From: Octopus sinensis
Taxonomy: Eukaryota
Assembly (NCBI RefSeq): GCF_006345805.1
Contig: NC_043001.1
Coordinates: forward strand, 118,978,001-119,042,000
DNA length: 64,000 bases
Direction: 5' to 3'
The notes beneath the pieces were generated by a model. That model was not told the DNA's origin. It worked only from the letters and a program-made list of their open reading frames with translations, and searched no databases. The position numbers were made by a program, and so were the translations under genes. Positions 51,535 through 64,000 of the stretch are shown in pieces. Within the stretch, counting starts at the first letter, position 1, and every line of letters starts with the position of its first letter.

Positions 51535-51987
51535 GATTTCTTTTGGGAACATTGGATCCTGTTGCAGCACATTACATAACGCTATAAATAATAGCCTGTA
51601 AAAACCCTTTTGGATAGATAATGTCGAAGCTGCCCGTGGGACTCTAATGTTCCAAAGAAGAAATATTTCACGTTCCCTGGAAAGTTTGTAAAAATTCTTA
51701 TGACGTCAACCACACACACACACACACACACACACATTTATACACACACACGTACGTATATAAATATAGATATTTATATAAATATGCACCATTTCGCACC
51801 CTGAGATATGAAGTAAAACACACTCACGTATACACACACACGCATATATATGAACGCACTTCGATTCATACAAACACATAAATTTGTTACACAGCAGCAA
51901 GCACGCATAAATACACGCACAACGCACACAGGGACTACTCATATGAATAAGTGGACAAATCTCATTTAGATAAATATATACAAATAC

Positions 51988-52200
51988 TGCGGAGGCGCGT
52001 GGCTTAGTGATTAGGGCGTTGGACTCTTGATCGTAAAATTATGGTTTCGATACCGTGACCGAGCGACGCGTTTTGCTCTTGAGCAAAACACTACATTTCA
52101 CGTTGCTCCAGTGCACTCAGCCGGCGAAAAGGAATATTTCTTCGACAGACCGGAATGTATACGTCATGGAAACCGGACCTATGAGTCTATATGATTCGGA
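51988..52200 (+). mobile_element. tRNA-derived SINE (family of 17500-17750)
   Basis: gcggaggcgcgtggcttagtgattaggg...ggtttcgatacc...ttgagcaaaacact. Confidence 0.8.
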
Positions 52201-52594
52201 AGAAACTTTAGTTTTTCTTTGTTTACACACCTACTTAAAAATACAGTAAAACGCATGAAAATATTGAAACATAGAAATAGACTTCAAAGTGGCCGCAGAA
52301 ACTAGGTACATAAATACACAAAGACATAACCGTGTGTATATTTAACCTAGTTCCGAAATGAATCCTTTGAGGAGGGCCTTTTCTGCCGATTAGGATAATG
52401 ATCGACACAACCCGTTTCATTGATGATTAACACTTCGTTAGAATGTAAGCTGCAAGTAGCGAACTGCTCGAAACAATGTATTGAGTATACTGCAGCGTAA
52501 AACCTCAGAGTAATTTCTAGAAAATTTTCAGCTTTAAAAATTATACATACATAAATGTACACCACATACACACGCACGCACACATATATGTATA

Positions 52595-52700
<106 letters not shown>

Positions 52701-53017
52701 TATATATGTATATACATATGTGTGTATATATATGTACATATGGCGCGCGTATGCAAATATGTATGTTGGTAAGTGCGTGTTTGAGGATATCATTGCCATG
52801 AACGCAAGGTTTATGTTGCATACCTAAGACAACAAAATAAAAATAAATAATAAATTCAATTAATTTATAAGAGAGATATCTGGAAAGGAGACCCAAACCC
52901 CGTTTTTTTATTATATTGCTTTGATTTCAAAATCTTATATTCTGGTCTTAGTACCAAGAACAGCCCCTCATACATACATACATACATACATACATACAGG
53001 TATGTGTATATGTGTGG

Positions 53018-53051
<34 letters not shown>

Positions 53052-54470
53052 AAGAGAGTGAGAGAGAGATGGAGAGAGAATGTGTGTGTGTGTGTGTGTG
53101 TGTCTGTGTATGTGCCTATATTTACTGTTGACACGCTGGGGTCACCAATATACAAAATGTAAATTCGTAGAGGTAACGAAAATATATCATTATCTTATAA
53201 TAATTCTTCTTGTCGCTCCGTTACTCAACCCGACCGTAACGCTGCCACGTGATTAGTTGAAAGAGGAGGGAGGGAAGAAATAGGAGGGGTGTGGGTGAGG
53301 AGGGGTGGGTAGGATGGAAATGATGGGAGGGAGATAAGGGGATGGGAGGGAGAAGTTGTGGTGTGAGATAGGTGTAATTTTTTAAATACTAAGTTTGTTT
53401 TTTCTCCGTTACTTAGCCCGTCTGAAACGTTTTCATGTGATTAGCTGAAGAGAAAGACGACAAGCGAAAGAAAAAGGAAAAAGAAAAAGAGGGTAAAGCG
53501 AAACGTGAGAGAGAAAGAGGGAGTGTGCTGTGTATTAAGTCTATAAAATTGTGCATAAAGTATATAAAGTGAATTAAGTAATCATCGTATTGCAATTTCC
53601 TTCACATTTCAGTGGTTAGCAGATGAACGAATATCTTTTGATACGGACACAACACAGGCTACCCTTTCAGATTTTTGGGATAAAGTTTTCAGAAATAACC
53701 CTCTAAGTTTACCATGAATTCCGTGAAATATTCACGGGTCCCGCTAGTTTTTGATTGCTCTTTATTTTCTGTGTATCACTAGAAATATAGTAATCTATAT
53801 TCTGATAGTGCCACTATCGGAAAATCTTTATGAAAAGTACAGATTGCTTGTTTTAGTCCGTGATTACAAGATTGAGGGATGCAGCAATTCATACAGGGAA
53901 AAGTAACTGTTTTCCATGATGACTTACTTAAAAACGAAGATTGAGCTAAATATGTTGGAATTGTGTTAGAATTTTGTTTCTGAAATAAAGTTCATTTGGT
54001 TTCGCGTGTCGTATTAATGGAAAATATTGGTGAGTTAAAATACTGACAGAATAAAGATACGGCAAATTAGTGTATCGTTCAGATTAAACTTGTCTCGTAT
54101 TAAAGCTAAGCTGGACAAAAGTTGGCAAAGATCGATTCCATAGTTTGTTAGCTGCAACTGAAATTTAGACAAAAAGAAAAACTGGACATCTTGCTTGGCT
54201 GGGTTGTCGAGGAAAAAAAATGCATAAACCTTGTTTATCTCCGTTTCTAGTGCTTTTGAGTGTCTGAGAGACTGCTTTCTTATTGGCTCACTAACGCCTG
54301 AAGAACCGCGAATACCACATCTTCCTCCAGTTCCACTAAGAAGTTACACACACACATATATAATAGTATTTTATAAGCTTGAAGCTTATAAGCGACCACT
54401 GCGCAATGACTAAAGGAAATAGTTTAATAATGGGGCATATAAGCCTTCAACGGAAAAAAAAGTAGCTCTG

Positions 54471-54542
54471 TCGTACGTGTGGGACTCGAACCCACACTTC
54501 TTTGTTTTCTCGACGAGAATGCTATCATTACACTAGCGCACA
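54471..54542 (-). pseudogene. tRNA-like cloverleaf (non-canonical anticodon loop)
   Basis: TGTGCGC TA GTGT AATGATA GCAT T CTCGT CGAGAAA ACAAA GAAGT GTGGG TTCGAGT CCCAC ACGTACG A, followed by a T8 tract about 10 nt downstream. Confidence 0.7.
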
Positions 54543-54826
54543 GCCTGCTTTATTCAGTCAGATTTAAGAACTATAATTAGTTCGTAGTGTTGTTTTTGTA
54601 AACAAACTTACATGTGCCTTTACTGGTTTTTGTTAAGCAGCGTCAGTTTTTACAATTCTGTAAATAATAATAAAAGTATTTTATAGGCTTGAAGCTTACT
54701 AGCGATCACCGTGCCATGACTAAAGAAAATAGTCTAATAATGGGGCATATAAGCACATTAAGGTTTGTTTACAAAACAACACTACGAACTAATTATAGTT
54801 CTTAAATCTGACGGAATGAAGTAGGC

Positions 54827-55084
54827 TGTGCGCTGGTGTAATGGTAGCATTGTCGCCGAATGCTTAACGATATTCCGTCTGTCTTAATGTTCTGAGTTCA
54901 AATTCCACCCAGATCGGCTTTGCCTTTCAGCCTTTCGGGGTCAGTAAATTAAGTACCAGTTGCGTACTGGGGGTTAATCTAATTGGCTGGTCCCCTCACC
55001 CAGAATTTTGGGCCTTGTGCTTAGAGTAGAAAAGATTCTTGTCGCGAAAACAAAGAGGTGTGGGTTCGAGTCCCACGCGCACAG
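54827..55084 (+). pseudogene. tRNA-like cloverleaf interrupted by a SINE (54852-55036)
   Basis: Perfect acceptor stem TGTGCGC/GCGCACA and T-arm GTGGG TTCGAGT CCCAC. A SINE body is inserted between the D-arm and the anticodon arm. Confidence 0.7.
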
Positions 55085-55185
55085 GAAAACCTACTTTTTT
55101 CCGTTGAGGGCTTATATGCCCCATTGTTAGACTATTTTCTTTAATCATTGCGTGGTAATCGCTTATAAGCTTTAAGAGTATAAAA

Positions 55186-55228
<43 letters not shown>

Positions 55229-55353
55229 TACAGAATTGTAAAAATTGACGCTGCTTAGCAAAAACCATCGCAGTAAAAGAACATGAAAATTTGTTTACAA
55301 AAACAACACTACGAACTAATTATAGTTCTTAAATCTGACGGAATGAAGCAAGT

Positions 55354-55425
55354 TGTAAGCTAGTATAATGGTAGCATTCTTGTCACGAAAACAAAGAAAT
55401 ATGGGTTCGAGTCCCACGCATACGG
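55354..55425 (+). pseudogene. tRNA-like cloverleaf (diverged copy)
   Basis: A-box tagtataatgg, B-box ggttcgagtcc, T-run terminator at ~55436. Confidence 0.65.
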
Positions 55426-56086
55426 GAAAACCTACTTTTTTCCGTTGAGGGCTTATATGCCCCATTATTAGACTATTTTCTTTATCATTGTGCGGTGATC
55501 GCTTATAAGCTTATAATACTATTATTATTATTATATACAGAATTTTAAAACTCGACGCTGCTTAACAAAAACCAAGGCAGTATAATATATATATAATGGT
55601 TTAAATCATACGAGAAAGGGCTTTGTCCATCCCTTCCCCCAAGAGCTCTCAAGACAGGCAAAAGAAAGGGAATAAGTTATCGAACGAATTCTTAGACCAA
55701 CGATCAACTCAAGCCCTGCAACAGAGCTTAACTCCAGCATCAAGGACAAAATGATGTTGTGTGTAAGTGGGTGACGGTTTAAGTGAACTGTCTTCGAAGA
55801 GGTATATCTCGACTAGTTTACGATTATTAGATTCCACATTGTTTACATCTATCAGATTCCACTCTCAAATCATTGATCCAAGTCGAGTCAACGATATAAA
55901 GCACCTATCGTATATATCGGGGAGCGGGATCGAACCAGAGACCATCTGATTGGTAAACAACTGTGTTACCTACACGTTTGGGCCATGTGTACACACTGGC
56001 ATGCATACACAAGCAAATATATATTTTATATATTTTATATGCAAGCGGTGAATGTTTGTGTCTCTGTGTGTTTATGTGTGTGTGCG

Positions 56087-56135
<49 letters not shown>

Positions 56136-56366
56136 TGTGTGTGTATATGTTGTGTAAGTACATCTCATGACAAACACGAAACAAATTTACACATATACAC
56201 TTGCTTACTTACTGGCGCATAAACCACTGATACATTGGTGTGTATATACATTCTATACACTCAAGCAAAATATACACACGAATATTACAGGCGTCTACTT
56301 ACACCGGATGATATAAACACGTGCACACATATAACATCCACTGCCACACGCATAGAGAGAATCGTG

Positions 56367-56404
<38 letters not shown>

Positions 56405-57291
56405 CATACACGTTCATAAACACACCGATCTGTCAATGTGTATATACATACATATATAGATGACATCTGAGAGAGATGTAGATATATAGAAGAACATTTA
56501 AACAGAAGCACATTGAGCCAGAGCGAAGTACACAAACGCTGTTGTCTGAGCACACACAATCTACTTCACAAACGCATACATATGGACACATGCGCGTAAA
56601 TGCACGTGCACACACAGTGACTGACACAGGGGGACTTGCAGAGTCGTGCACATACATTGAAGAACACAGGAAGTCACACACACACACACAAACGGGTATA
56701 CAAGATACATACACCTTACATACACATACATACACATTCATACACTTACAACTCAGATAAACACACACAGAGGCACACATACTCACACACAGAGGCACAC
56801 AAATCCACTTACACATACACTTGGTCATACAGACACACACACATATACACGCACATAATTCAACACGCATACATGCATTCATACACATAAAACGCATACT
56901 CAGCCGCACACACAACACAGACACCACACGCCCGCTGACACCACTTGCATGCAAGGGATCACACACACACACACACACACACATGTAGTGGAACATACAC
57001 ATACGTTGCTACACGCGCACGTACATCGAAACGTGTGTATGGAGTCTAGCATACACACAACGATGTATACAAACACACACACACACACACGCATATTCAC
57101 TTACACACACAAAAATACGCATATAGACACACACTCATTGACTGATGCACACATAGACCCACACGCATATCCGAACAAATGCACACATTGGTTGAAATAC
57201 ACACACACAAACACACACACACACATACAGATTCACACGTGTATTCACATACGCAGAAATATGGTTGAAATGACATATGAACACAATGACT

Positions 57292-57330
<39 letters not shown>

Positions 57331-57344
57331 CATTGTGGTAAATT

Positions 57345-57720
57345 CAGATGGATGGATGTACGGATGGCTGGATGGATTCATAGATGGCTTGGTGGGCGGA
57401 TGGACGGAGGGACGGAGGGATGGGGGGATGGATGGATGGGGGGATGGATGGATGGACGGATGGACGGATGGATGAATGGAGGAACGGAGGGATGATGGAC
57501 GGATGGATGAATAGATTGATTGATGGATGAATGAATGGATGAATGGCTGGATGGACGGATGGATAGAGGGATGGATGGATGGATGGATGGATGAATGACT
57601 GTCTGGCTGGCTGGCTAGATGGATGGATGGATGGATGGATGGATGGTTGGACGGACGGATGCATCGAAGTCCAGATGGGTGGATTGATGAATAGATGGAT
57701 GGAGGGAGGCATAGATAGAT
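57345..57720. repeat. Degenerate (GGAT)n microsatellite
   Basis: Read directly. Confidence 0.9.
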
Positions 57721-57944
57721 AGCTGCTTGTTTAGCTTCTAAAGTCGTATATGCACCCGTATATGCGATGTACAAACACGCTGTGACTCTTTCTGTCTCAT
57801 ACATGAATGCGTACACGCACACACACACACACACACTCCTATAGATATATACGTAGACACGAATACACGCATGCGCACACACTGACAAGCACACGTAGAA
57901 ACTCATTCACACAGACACACATACACCTGACTTTAGCATTGATA

Positions 57945-58847
57945 TGGAGAGGGAGAGGAGGAGAGAGAAAGGGGGTAGGGAAAGAGAAGGGGAATGAGAA
58001 GAAAGGAGAGGAAGAAAGAGCAGTAAGGAAAAGACAGTGACAGAATGAAGTTCAGTTGAATGAAAAGAGAAGGAGCATGAGAGGGATAGAGAGAAGGTGA
58101 AGAGAGGGAATAAGAAAGTAAGAAAGAAGAGAAATATAAAGAAATAGATACATATGTGAGTAGAAAGGAGAGAGAGGGAGAGAGAGGGAGAGAGAGGGAG
58201 AGAGAGAGAGAGGAGAGAGAGTAATGTTTAGGAAGAGATATGAATGTTATGAGTGAATGAATTCGATAAAGTAAGATATGGACGGGAAAAAAATGAGTGA
58301 AATAAAAGAAAAAGATAGCACAAGAGAAAGAGTGCATGCGAAAGAGAGAGGAGAGGGAGAGGGAGAGGATGGAGAGAGAGAGAGGGGGTAGGGAGAGAAT
58401 GTAGAGAGAGTGGAGTGGGAGAGGATATAGAGAGAGAGAAAGAGAAAGATAGATATAGAAAAAGAGAAAGTGAGAAGGAGAGAGACAGAGAGGGAGAATG
58501 AGAGTGAGGAGGGGGGAGGGAGAAAGGGGAGAGAGGGATGACAGAGAGAGTGAGAGAAAGAAAAAGGAGAGCAATAATTAGAGAAGAGGAGAGTACGAAA
58601 AGAAATAATAATGGTGAGGGAGAAAATAGAGAAGGAAGAGGAATGATGGAGAGAAAAGAAGAACAGGATAAGAGTGCATGAAGAAGGAAAAGAGAGAGGA
58701 AGAAAGTAGGAGGAAGAAAAGGAGAGTGAGAAGAGTGAAGAGGCAAAGAGAACGAAAAAAACATATTTGTGAGGAGAGTGAGAGAGAGAGAGTGAAAGAG
58801 AGAGAGAGGAAATAATGAGTGAGCAGAGAATGATGAATATGATTAAA

Positions 58848-58893
<46 letters not shown>

Positions 58894-59089
58894 GAGGTAG
58901 AGAGATGGAGAGCGAGCGAGAGAGAGTATGTGAAAGAAAGAGAGAAACAGAGATAGAGTAAAAGACATGGAAAAGAGATAGAGGCATGGAAAGAGAGGGA
59001 GAGCCAGAAAGAGAGTGAGAGAGATAAGAAGATCGAGAGAAAGAGAGAGAGAAAAAATATATTTAGAGAGAGACTCACAGAAAGCGAGT

Positions 59090-59126
<37 letters not shown>

Positions 59127-59710
59127 GTGAGAGAGAGAGAGAGAGGGAGAGAGAGAGAGAGAAATTAACGGAGATTGTGACAGAGCGGAAAGTGATGAAC
59201 TGAAATAATAAGTGAGACAAAGAGACAGGAAGCAAAGGAGAGGAAGAGAGGGAGAGAGGAAGAGAGGGAGAGAGGAAGAGAGGGAGAGAGGGAGAGAGGG
59301 AGAGAGGGAGAGAGGGAGAGAGGAGTGAAGAAGAAGAGGAATAAAGAGACGAAGAAAGAGAATCAGAGATGGAATAGAAGGTATGGAGTGGCAGATGTGG
59401 AGCGACAGCTCGAATAAAGGTGGGGGGGGGTGAAAATAACAAAGAATACAACGAATGGAAAGAGACTGGGAGAATGGTAGGGTGTGTGAGAAAGAGATAG
59501 ATAGATAGAGAGAGAGAGAGAGGGAGAGGGGGTATTTATATAAAGATAGCGTGCACGGGATAGAGAGCGACAAAAGACGATAGGATGGGTGCAGGGGGGG
59601 GGGAGGGGAATGTGCATAGAATGTGAAAAGGGGGAGGAGGGAGAAAAGAACAAAGAAAAAAATATAGGAGTGAAAGGCCGAGTAAAATGAAGAATAGAAG
59701 GAGAAGAAAG
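57945..59710. repeat. ~1.8-kb polypurine (GA-rich) low-complexity tract
   Basis: The plus strand is overwhelmingly G/A with (GA)n and (GAGAGAGG)n blocks. Confidence 0.9.
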
Positions 59711-59945
59711 TCGTTCATTCTGACGAGAAAATCCAGCTTCGACATTCCGACCTACCATGTTTATGCACTGACATCAATTTGCACCTTTTGTTGTGTATTA
59801 TTGAATCTGAATGTACACCTGTTTGCATAATGCACATTGCTGTAACAACCAGCTGCTGGAATTTTGAAACAGCTGTAAAGGAAAAAGGGCTGTTTTTCTT
59901 CACCATATGTCTTTTTTAAAATGATTGCTGTACATTTGAAACACA

Positions 59946-59978
<33 letters not shown>

Positions 59979-60085
59979 CGCCTACCATATTCATTCATAA
60001 GGCGTTAGTCAATTTTGAATTATTAAATAGTGCAGGGCTAGTTGAGTTAAAGTAATTGTCTCGCAGTATGGTTATATAATGTGTT

Positions 60086-60505
60086 AGGCGGCGAGCTGGC
60101 AGAAACGTTAGCACGCCGGGCGAAATGTTTTGTGGCATTTCGTTCGCCGCTGCGTTCTGAGTTCAAATTCTGCCGGGGTCGACTTTGCCTTTCATCCTTT
60201 CGCGGTCGATAAATTTAGTACCAGTCACACACTGGGGTCGATATAATCGACTTAATCCGTTTGTCTGTCCTTGTTTGTCCCCTCTGTGTTTAGCCCCTTG
60301 TGGGTAGTAAAGAAATAGGTATTTCGTCTGCCGTTACGTTCTGAGTTCAAATTCCGCCGAGGTCAACTTTACCTTTCATCCTTTCGAGGTCGATTAAATA
60401 AGTACCAGTTACGCACTGGGGTCGATATAATCGACTTAATCCGTTTGTCTGTCCTTGTTTGTCCCCTCTGTGTGGAGCCCCTTGTGGGCAGTAAAGAAAT
60501 AAGTA
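60086..60505 (+). mobile_element. SINE with tandem duplication of its ~180-bp body
   Basis: The head aggcggcgagctggcagaaacgttagcacgcc is followed by the body gttctgagttcaaattc...gtaaagaaata twice (~60140-60320 and ~60321-60502). Confidence 0.85.
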
Positions 60506-60539
60506 TGGTTGTATAATGTGAGTCCGATTTGTGTGGGGA

Positions 60540-62400
60540 GTATATGACACGATGTCCCAGCCAACGATGAGTTGTAAACTTGATGTTAAGATCGTTTGGG
60601 CAATAGTAATGAAATATTCTCCACATTGTGCAAATGATTTCGTACTCATAGCGGCCCAGGAGAAACTGCTGCCAATTAGCTTACACCATGTAGATCAGAT
60701 TAAAATTTTACGCCCGCTTCTCCATTGATAAATTTGTGATATATGAAGTCAACTGCGAATGTTTTTATTTCATTTTACTGTACTTGATAAATTTTGTGAT
60801 GTCATTTATATCCACTACGAAAAGAAGTAGGTCCAATACAGTTCCTGTGCTGGTGGATTTTGCTGGGCTTGAGTCGATTCTGTCAAATATGACACTGGGT
60901 TTTGCTCACCTCACCAGGCAAAACTTGATTCAGTGGAACAGTTTTTCTTGAATTCCAGTGCTGGATAGTTTTAACAGTAGAATGTTGTGGTCGATTCTAG
61001 CGAAGGTATTGTTGAAATGTTTTAGTCCACTCCCCAAACTTTTAGAATGTCATCAAATGAAGCAGAAACTGAGTTGGGAAGTATTTGTCATAATGAAAAT
61101 CATGCTGGTTGGGATTTAGGAGTTACCTGCTGCCTAGGAAGCTATTTATTGCTGTCTTCACCACACTTCAAATATTTTTATATGAGAAGTGAGTGAGATT
61201 GGGCGATAGTTAATAGCAAGTGACCTGTTTTTGCTTTTTGAAGACTGGAATGACAGATAGAAAAAGGTAAGTTTGAGTGTATAGGCTGCGTCTAGCGATT
61301 TTCTTCACAGATTAATTAGAAGGGATTCAAGATGGTTTCTTCATTCCTTCAGGACACTAGCGGTGAATTTATCAGGGTTTACTACAAAATGTTATGATTT
61401 TGTTTATTGTTGCAATGATATCTGTAATGGTAGAGGTGATGTGTAAAGGGGTCGACTTCACTTAAACAACTTAAGACAACGTAATGGGGTTCACGGAAGA
61501 CAGTAATATTGCTTCGATGGGATCTCTGTCATTTCTTTGGCATCATTGAAGAGATGATGTTATCATCTATCGGTGAGTCGATGGATGAAACAGCTGCCCT
61601 TTCTTGACAAATGGATTGAAGATTTTCGGGATTGGGTTCGATTTTCTTTATGATCTACCACTTTTCCTCATCAGTCATTTGACTATTGATTTAGGTTTTT
61701 ATGCTGTTCCGCAGAAATAATTTTTCCTAATAAAACATTCTTACATCTGTTCATTCTGACTGCTGCTGGCAATGGCATTTGATTGACTGACTTTTTAAAA
61801 TTTGGTCATTTGATTTGCGTGATGATTTTTTTCTATTCTTTTTTTTTCTCTTTTGTTCCTGAGAGCCTACTTCTCTTTTTGCTTATAATTCTTGACGGGA
61901 TCTGTTTTGAACATATATTGGTGACAATGTTCTCAAACCTTTCGAAGCAGAGTCAGTGTCAGAAGCAGCGTGAGTGAAGGACCAGTCAATACACAACATT
62001 TTGTCTAATTGCTCTCCAATCTGCATTGAGAAGATTCATGCTGTCAAACTGATGGGTTCAGCTGAATTTGACTAGCTTTATGTTGCTATATTTGGAACTA
62101 AAATTGCAGAGAAGTACGTCATGGTCAACCGGAAGAGTTTTCTTAACTGAGATGTTTTGGATAGCGCCAAAATGGTTTGATAATATTAGTTCCAAGATAT
62201 TTTTGCTCTGTCTCATTGACCGAAGCACAAGTTGTGTTAGGAAAAATTCATCCATGAAGTTCAGTAACAATTCTGTAACTGCTTTGCCTGGGTTGAGATG
62301 TTGTTTCCTGGTTTCAGGTTATTTGTAGGCAAATACGAACTGGAATAGTTGTCACAGATCAGTGATACGTTACCAGGATTTTATGTTTGGATAACGTCTT
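60540..62400 (-). mobile_element. Degenerate CR1-clade LINE ORF2 (APE C-terminus to RT)
   Basis: NILELILSN...DHDVL (APE end), then FARIDHNILLLKL..GIQEKLF..IKFCL and GTVLDLLLFVVDINDI (RT). Confidence 0.75.
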
Positions 62401-62577
62401 GAATTGCTGAGGTACATTTCAAAGAATTGTAGAGGAGCATGATGAGGCATATAAGGAGCAACTATTTTATACAGCCTTATTCGACAAATGCGCGCGAGCG
62501 TATACATACACATACACAAACACACACGCACACACATACACTTTCACGTATATACTTTCTCCACATCGAGAGGCTAC

Positions 62578-62730
62578 ATCTCGGGTAGAATGATTAGAAT
62601 GTCACGGGAGAGAATTGCAAGACTGATTCTTGAAGCCGAGCCAACTAGCAAGAGACCTAGGAGTAGACGGAGAACGAGGTGCTTGGATAATATCAATAGT
62701 CTGAGTAGGTTACGCTGGGGAACCGGTATC
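62578..62730 (+). mobile_element. RTE-clade LINE 3' fragment
   Basis: GRMIRMSRERIARLILEAEPTSKRPRSRRRTRCLDNI resembles the GHV.RM...GKRPRGRPR.RW.D motif. Confidence 0.7.
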
Positions 62731-63162
62731 TGTTTTGGAGTATGGTGCTTATTCCATTTATATTTTTTAAACAGACCGCTGGGTAACGTGGACGTAAACA
62801 AATCAACATCGGCTGCCAGCAGTGGAGACACTAACACGCACATACATACATACATACATACATACATACATACATACATACATACATACATACGCACACA
62901 CATACCTACATACATACCTACATACATACATACATCCATTCATACATCCATATATACATCCATCCATCCATCCAAACAAAAACAAAGATCCATGCATGCA
63001 CACCTACACACCTATGTGCATACATACATTCTTACGAGTGTATATATATATATATATATTCCTTTTTTCTTTACTTTCCTGAGCGTTCAATAACACTATA
63101 CTTGTTGCACGTCCTCGCGTTGTTGTGTTTTCATGTTTGGATTAACTATATATATATATATT

Positions 63163-63549
63163 GGATTGGAAGCACTCCGTCGGTTACGACGATGAGGGTT
63201 CCGGTTGATCCGATCAACGGAACAGCCTGCTCGTGAAATTAACGTGTAAGTGGCTGAGCACTCCACAGACACGTGTACCCTCAACGTAGTTCTCGGGGAT
63301 ATTCAGCGTGACACAGAGAGTGACAAGGCCGGCCCTTTGAAATACAGGTACAACAGAAACAGGAAGTAAGAGTGAGAGAAAGTTGTGGTGAAAGAGTACA
63401 GCAGGGATCACCACCATCCCCTGCCGGAGCCTCGTGGAACTTTAGGTGTTTTCGCTCAATAAACACTCAGAACGCCCGGTCTGGGAATCGAAACCGCGAT
63501 CCTATGACCGCGAGTCCGCTGCCCTAACCACTGGGCCATTGCTCCTCCA

Positions 63550-63550
<1 letters not shown>
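63163..63550 (-). mobile_element. Near full-length tRNA-derived SINE
   Basis: The minus-strand head reads gtggaggagcaatggcccagtggttagggcagcggactcgcggtcataggatcgcggtttcgattcccagacc (A and B boxes). The body is homologous to 63750-64000 and 15590-15760. Confidence 0.85.
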
Positions 63551-63611
<61 letters not shown>

Positions 63612-63686
63612 ATATATATATTATATAATATAATATATGTATGTATATTATATGTATGTTTATTATATATATATATATATATATTA

Positions 63687-63725
<39 letters not shown>

Positions 63726-63749
63726 TCTCTGTGTGCGAGTGTGTGTAAA

Positions 63750-64000
63750 ACTGACAGTCCATAGGTTAAAAAGACGAGAGTTTCAGTTGATTCGATCAAT
63801 GGAATAACCTGTTTGCGAAGTTAGCGTGCTACTGGCTGAGGATGCCGCAGACACGCATACCCTTATCGGAGTTCTCAGGAAAATTCAGACCGACACAGAA
63901 TGTGACACGCCTGGGCCTTTGAATTACGTGTACAACCTAATTTTTGCTGGCTGAGTGGACTGGAACAATGTGAAATAAAGTGTCTTGCTCAAGGATTCAA
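63750..64000 (-). mobile_element. Diverged SINE 3' part (family of 63163-63550), running off the window end
   Basis: gttgattcgatcaatggaataacc...cagacacgcataccctta...gggcctttgaattac...gtgtcttgctcaagga. Confidence 0.7.

Larger units (their letters stand above)
54362..55582. repeat. Head-to-head tandem array of a ~300-bp unit containing a tRNA-like sequence
   Basis: Minus units are 54362-54665 (full) and 54666-54755 (partial). Plus units are 54762-55228 (SINE-interrupted), 55229-55535 (full) and 55536-55582 (partial). Confidence 0.85.

Noticed and set aside
54420-54460. (c/t)taataa-tggggc-atataa-gcc(c/t)-tcaacgg resembling a decayed hammerhead in the tRNA-like unit
   Set aside because: All copies have CTAATAA/TTAATAA rather than CTGANGA, GAAAC is absent and stem I cannot form; it is only noted as a hairpin.
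54471-55425. Functional tRNA-Ser genes (nominal anticodons AGA/CGA)
   Set aside because: No U33, a weak anticodon stem, no long variable arm as required for Ser, and the anticodon varies among copies.
60140-60502. Direct repeats that might suggest a CRISPR-like or LTR structure
   Set aside because: These are two adjacent copies of a SINE body with no spacers, and the context is eukaryotic.

Overview
AT-rich, microsatellite-saturated eukaryotic DNA. The SINE families, the LINE mix and the (TA)n/(CATA)n/(TATC)n/(AAT)n density look like an octopus (cephalopod) intergenic or intronic region; this is an inference and no database was searched. No host protein-coding gene can be called with confidence, and most ORFs in the supplied track are simple-repeat artefacts. 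Recognisable content is transposon-derived: three Tx1/L1-clade LINE copies (one young 3' fragment inserted in a (TATC)n tract), several R4/Dong-like restriction-endonuclease LINE remnants (two set in (TAA)n tracts), CR1 and RTE remnants (one RTE with a twin-priming-type 5' inversion and a 9-bp TSD), one full-length degenerate mariner, many tRNA-derived SINEs and several foldback elements. Less ordinary items are Penelope-type minimal hammerhead ribozyme motifs, mostly in short palindromic elements; a head-to-head tandem array of a ~300-bp unit carrying a tRNA-like cloverleaf (54.36-55.58 kb); a 270-bp-arm near-perfect foldback (41 kb); and a GC-rich 18-bp minisatellite (18.1 kb).
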